A stretch of DNA of 43,550 bases from a virus, in the IMG/VR virus record IMGVR_UViG_3300017754_002612, positions 1 through 43,550 of that record. One strand, written 5' to 3'. Position 1 is the stretch's first letter. Each line of letters opens with the position of its first letter. This document shows positions 41,549 to 43,550 of the stretch, piece by piece. Both the position numbers and the translations under genes were made by a program. The notes under the pieces are model-generated. The model was not told the DNA's origin and ran no database searches. It saw only the letters and a list, made by a program, of their open reading frames with translations.

Positions 41549-41920
41549 TCAACGACTCACAGTGATAAGTGCATTGGGATTGGCCTTGCATGCATCTAGG
41601 TACTTCTCAACAAACGGAACGAAGTGCTCGTACATACCCCACCCATTCGGGCTATTGAATTTCTCGTAATGCGCAGGATCAGCCTTGAGCTTGGCAAGTC
41701 CTTCCGTCAGAGGATTGATTAACTGATGCGCCTTGGTGTAGCCCTTCTCTTCCGGTCGCCACAACGCTTCGTAGATACCAGCCGCATCAGCCATCTTGTT
41801 TAGGTTGTGGGTGATGTTTGCCCAATAGACCTCATCTCCTCCCTGTTTACCAATGGCTCGGCAGCAGTGGGGGCAGCATTCATCCTCGATTGGATTGGTC
41901 AGGTTTACGTCTAGGCTCAT
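41549..41920 (-). CDS. Conserved-looking phage protein of unknown function (123 aa)
   Basis: CCPHCC motif, NITHNLNKMA and NGWGMYEHFVPFVEKY. I have seen similar sequences in phages, without an assigned function. Confidence 0.65.
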   Translation of the reverse strand: MSLDVNLTNPIEDECCPHCCRAIGKQGGDEVYWANITHNLNKMADAAGIYEALWRPEEKGYTKAHQLINPLTEGLAKLKADPAHYEKFNSPNGWGMYEHFVPFVEKYLDACKANPNALITVSR

Positions 41921-41956
41921 TTTCTTTCCTTGGTCTGGGGTTGGGGTTGGAATGGG

Positions 41957-43483
41957 TTAAAAAACGTTTTCAGTTTCGCTGGGTGGCGCGTCCATTCGCT
42001 TCTTTCTTTCTTGAACCTCCTCCGAAACATCCGCATCACTCGCCGCATCCTGGAAATGCTGCCATTTGCCATAAAACCACATTGGTAGCGTAATCGGGAA
42101 AGGTCCGCGCCGGTTTTTTGCGATAATGCAATCAACCCTTCTTTCCAAGCCTTCACGATCTATGGGGTGAAGCATAACAACGCCATCGGCATCGGCTTCG
42201 ATTGATCCGCCGCCGTATAGATCCTCAACACGAGGAACGGGGTCGGCTTCAATTTTGCCATCTGCTGAACGTGGCGGCTTGCGACCTTCACGGGTAAGTT
42301 GGCTCAGTAAAATGATTGCCACGCCTTCAGCTAGAGCGATTTGTTTGAGGGTGGAAGTGATTTCCGTTGTGCGATCGGTGAGAAATTGCTTAGGGTTTGA
42401 TCCTTTGATGAGTCCAAGGTAATCTATCACCACAAGTTCAAGCGCCCCGTGTCTTGCCCGTTGCGAACGGATCCAAGCCCCGACATGCGCTACCGTCTGA
42501 GGTCCAGCGGTCGAATCACGGAGCCACATGGAGCCACTTTTTTGCCATTCCCTAGCCAACTGATGCAACGCCTGCCGATCAGCCTCTAGGAGCGTTTCCC
42601 ATGCGTTCGCTACCTTGTCCCGTGGCACCTTGGCGTCCCGGCAGGCAAGGACGGTAGCCAGTTCTTCGGATGACATCTCCAGGGACAAATAAGCCACTGA
42701 GCGCCGACCGAGATTCTTGGCAGTGCTGTGTGCCGCCTGAATCGCCAACGAGGTCTTGCCTCCACCTGGCCTAGCCCCGACTACAAAAAACCTCCCCTTA
42801 GACAATGGTAGATGCCTGTCGAGCGAAGACAGGCCCCATGTAGCTGGCCGATCCTTGCCAATTGCGCGCAAAGCCGCCTCCTTGGCAGAATTATCGAGAG
42901 CGGTAGCCAGGGAGTCACCTAAAGACCGTTCGCCCGCCGTTGTTCCCGTATCGCGCAGTAGATCGGCAAGGGATGCGATGAGAGGGGTGGCGTCCTCGGT
43001 CACGGAGACCTTGGCCAGGGCGGAAGTCGTCTTGGCCAGCTTGTCGATCAGGGTAACACGGTCGGCCAGATGACGCAGCATCCGAATAGCCCGCTTGGGA
43101 GGTCCGTAGGTCAGTCCTGAGCCAGCCAGACGAGCACCAGCCGCGTCAATGACCAGGGAGGCGGCCTGAATCGCAGCCATGGCCGTATCTGCATGACTCT
43201 TGCCTGCCGACATGGCGAGAGGCTTGCCAGCAAGATGGTCCAATGCGTCATGCCAGGTAATCCGGCTCAGGTATTCCAGTGCCGCCCCCTGATCGTGGGG
43301 AATCTCGCCACGTTCCATGGCGTCCAGGGCAAGCGATAAGATCTTGTTCCGTTGGCCAGCAAAGAACCGATGGGACGGGGCTGGGCAGGACTCTGCCAGG
43401 AGGTGGAGCGATTCTACGCTTTCGAGCGCATCGCCCAGGACAAGCAAGCTAATCGCTTCGTGAGTGTCAGTCAGGACGGTCAT
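41957..43483 (-). CDS. dnaB: DnaB-family replicative DNA helicase
   Basis: Walker A GARPGGGKTSLA, SLEMS, Walker B VVIDYLGLI and LLSQLTREG, with a DnaB-like N-terminal domain. 508 aa. Confidence 0.9.
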   Translation of the reverse strand: MTVLTDTHEAISLLVLGDALESVESLHLLAESCPAPSHRFFAGQRNKILSLALDAMERGEIPHDQGAALEYLSRITWHDALDHLAGKPLAMSAGKSHADTAMAAIQAASLVIDAAGARLAGSGLTYGPPKRAIRMLRHLADRVTLIDKLAKTTSALAKVSVTEDATPLIASLADLLRDTGTTAGERSLGDSLATALDNSAKEAALRAIGKDRPATWGLSSLDRHLPLSKGRFFVVGARPGGGKTSLAIQAAHSTAKNLGRRSVAYLSLEMSSEELATVLACRDAKVPRDKVANAWETLLEADRQALHQLAREWQKSGSMWLRDSTAGPQTVAHVGAWIRSQRARHGALELVVIDYLGLIKGSNPKQFLTDRTTEITSTLKQIALAEGVAIILLSQLTREGRKPPRSADGKIEADPVPRVEDLYGGGSIEADADGVVMLHPIDREGLERRVDCIIAKNRRGPFPITLPMWFYGKWQHFQDAASDADVSEEVQERKKRMDAPPSETENVF

Positions 43484-43550
43484 ACCATGTCCAGGTTGAG
43501 CGGCGGGGCTTGTGGGCGAGCCGGTGGAGGTGGAATTATTCTAGCGAGGA
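43428..43550. repeat. Terminal direct repeat, second copy (identical to 1..123)
   Basis: See the first copy. It contains the duplicated 3' end of the initiator gene. Confidence 0.95.

Noticed and set aside
41917-42156. 79-aa minus-strand ORF overlapping the 3' end of dnaB
   Set aside because: It is an off-frame overlap with the helicase C-terminus, with a basic junk-like sequence. The 36-nt gap before the next gene needs no extra ORF.

Overview
The window is a complete, circularly closed dsDNA phage genome. Bases 1-123 are identical to 43428-43550, so the unique length is 43,427 bp. No rRNA gene, tRNA gene, CRISPR array, transposase, integrase, reverse transcriptase or phage RNA polymerase could be recognised.

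Coding is dense and often translationally coupled through ATGA or TAATG overlaps. It falls into four transcription blocks:

1. Leftward early/replication block (4573 down through the contig junction to 39799). It carries an RNA-ligase-family protein, a DUF1064 nuclease-fold protein, many small ORFs, a replication-initiator candidate with iterons inside its own gene, a DnaB-type helicase and an HTH protein.
2. Rightward block (about 4750-8776). It carries a very regular pentapeptide-repeat protein, an Erf-family annealase and an SSB.
3. Long leftward late block (34910 down to 8628). Gene order is TerS candidate, TerL, beta-propeller tail fibre, holin/spanin-like membrane proteins, a LamG-type repeat protein and portal. 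A terminator-insulated scaffold / major capsid / decoration cassette follows, then adaptor- and nozzle-like proteins and three large internal-virion-type proteins. This order resembles the T7 gp8-gp16 structural module.
4. Rightward block (35823-39733) of small ORFs plus an ArdC-N::N6-adenine methyltransferase fusion, closed by a strong bidirectional terminator.

The most interesting items are:
- the pentapeptide-repeat gene: 21 tandem 15-bp units with only three biallelic positions and no synonymous variation, sitting where lambda and P22 carry RecBCD inhibitors;
- an in-gene iteron/AT-rich origin candidate;
- the ArdC-N::methyltransferase fusion;
- two families of repeated gene-junction / translation-initiation blocks;
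- a 950-bp non-coding hub with a roughly 430-nt leader ahead of the terminase genes and a C4-6 tract (G-quadruplex/i-motif candidate);
- low-GC gene islands embedded in otherwise GC-rich operons;
- a lysis-like membrane cassette with no recognisable endolysin.

All functional calls rest on motif recognition and gene order only. No database search was possible.
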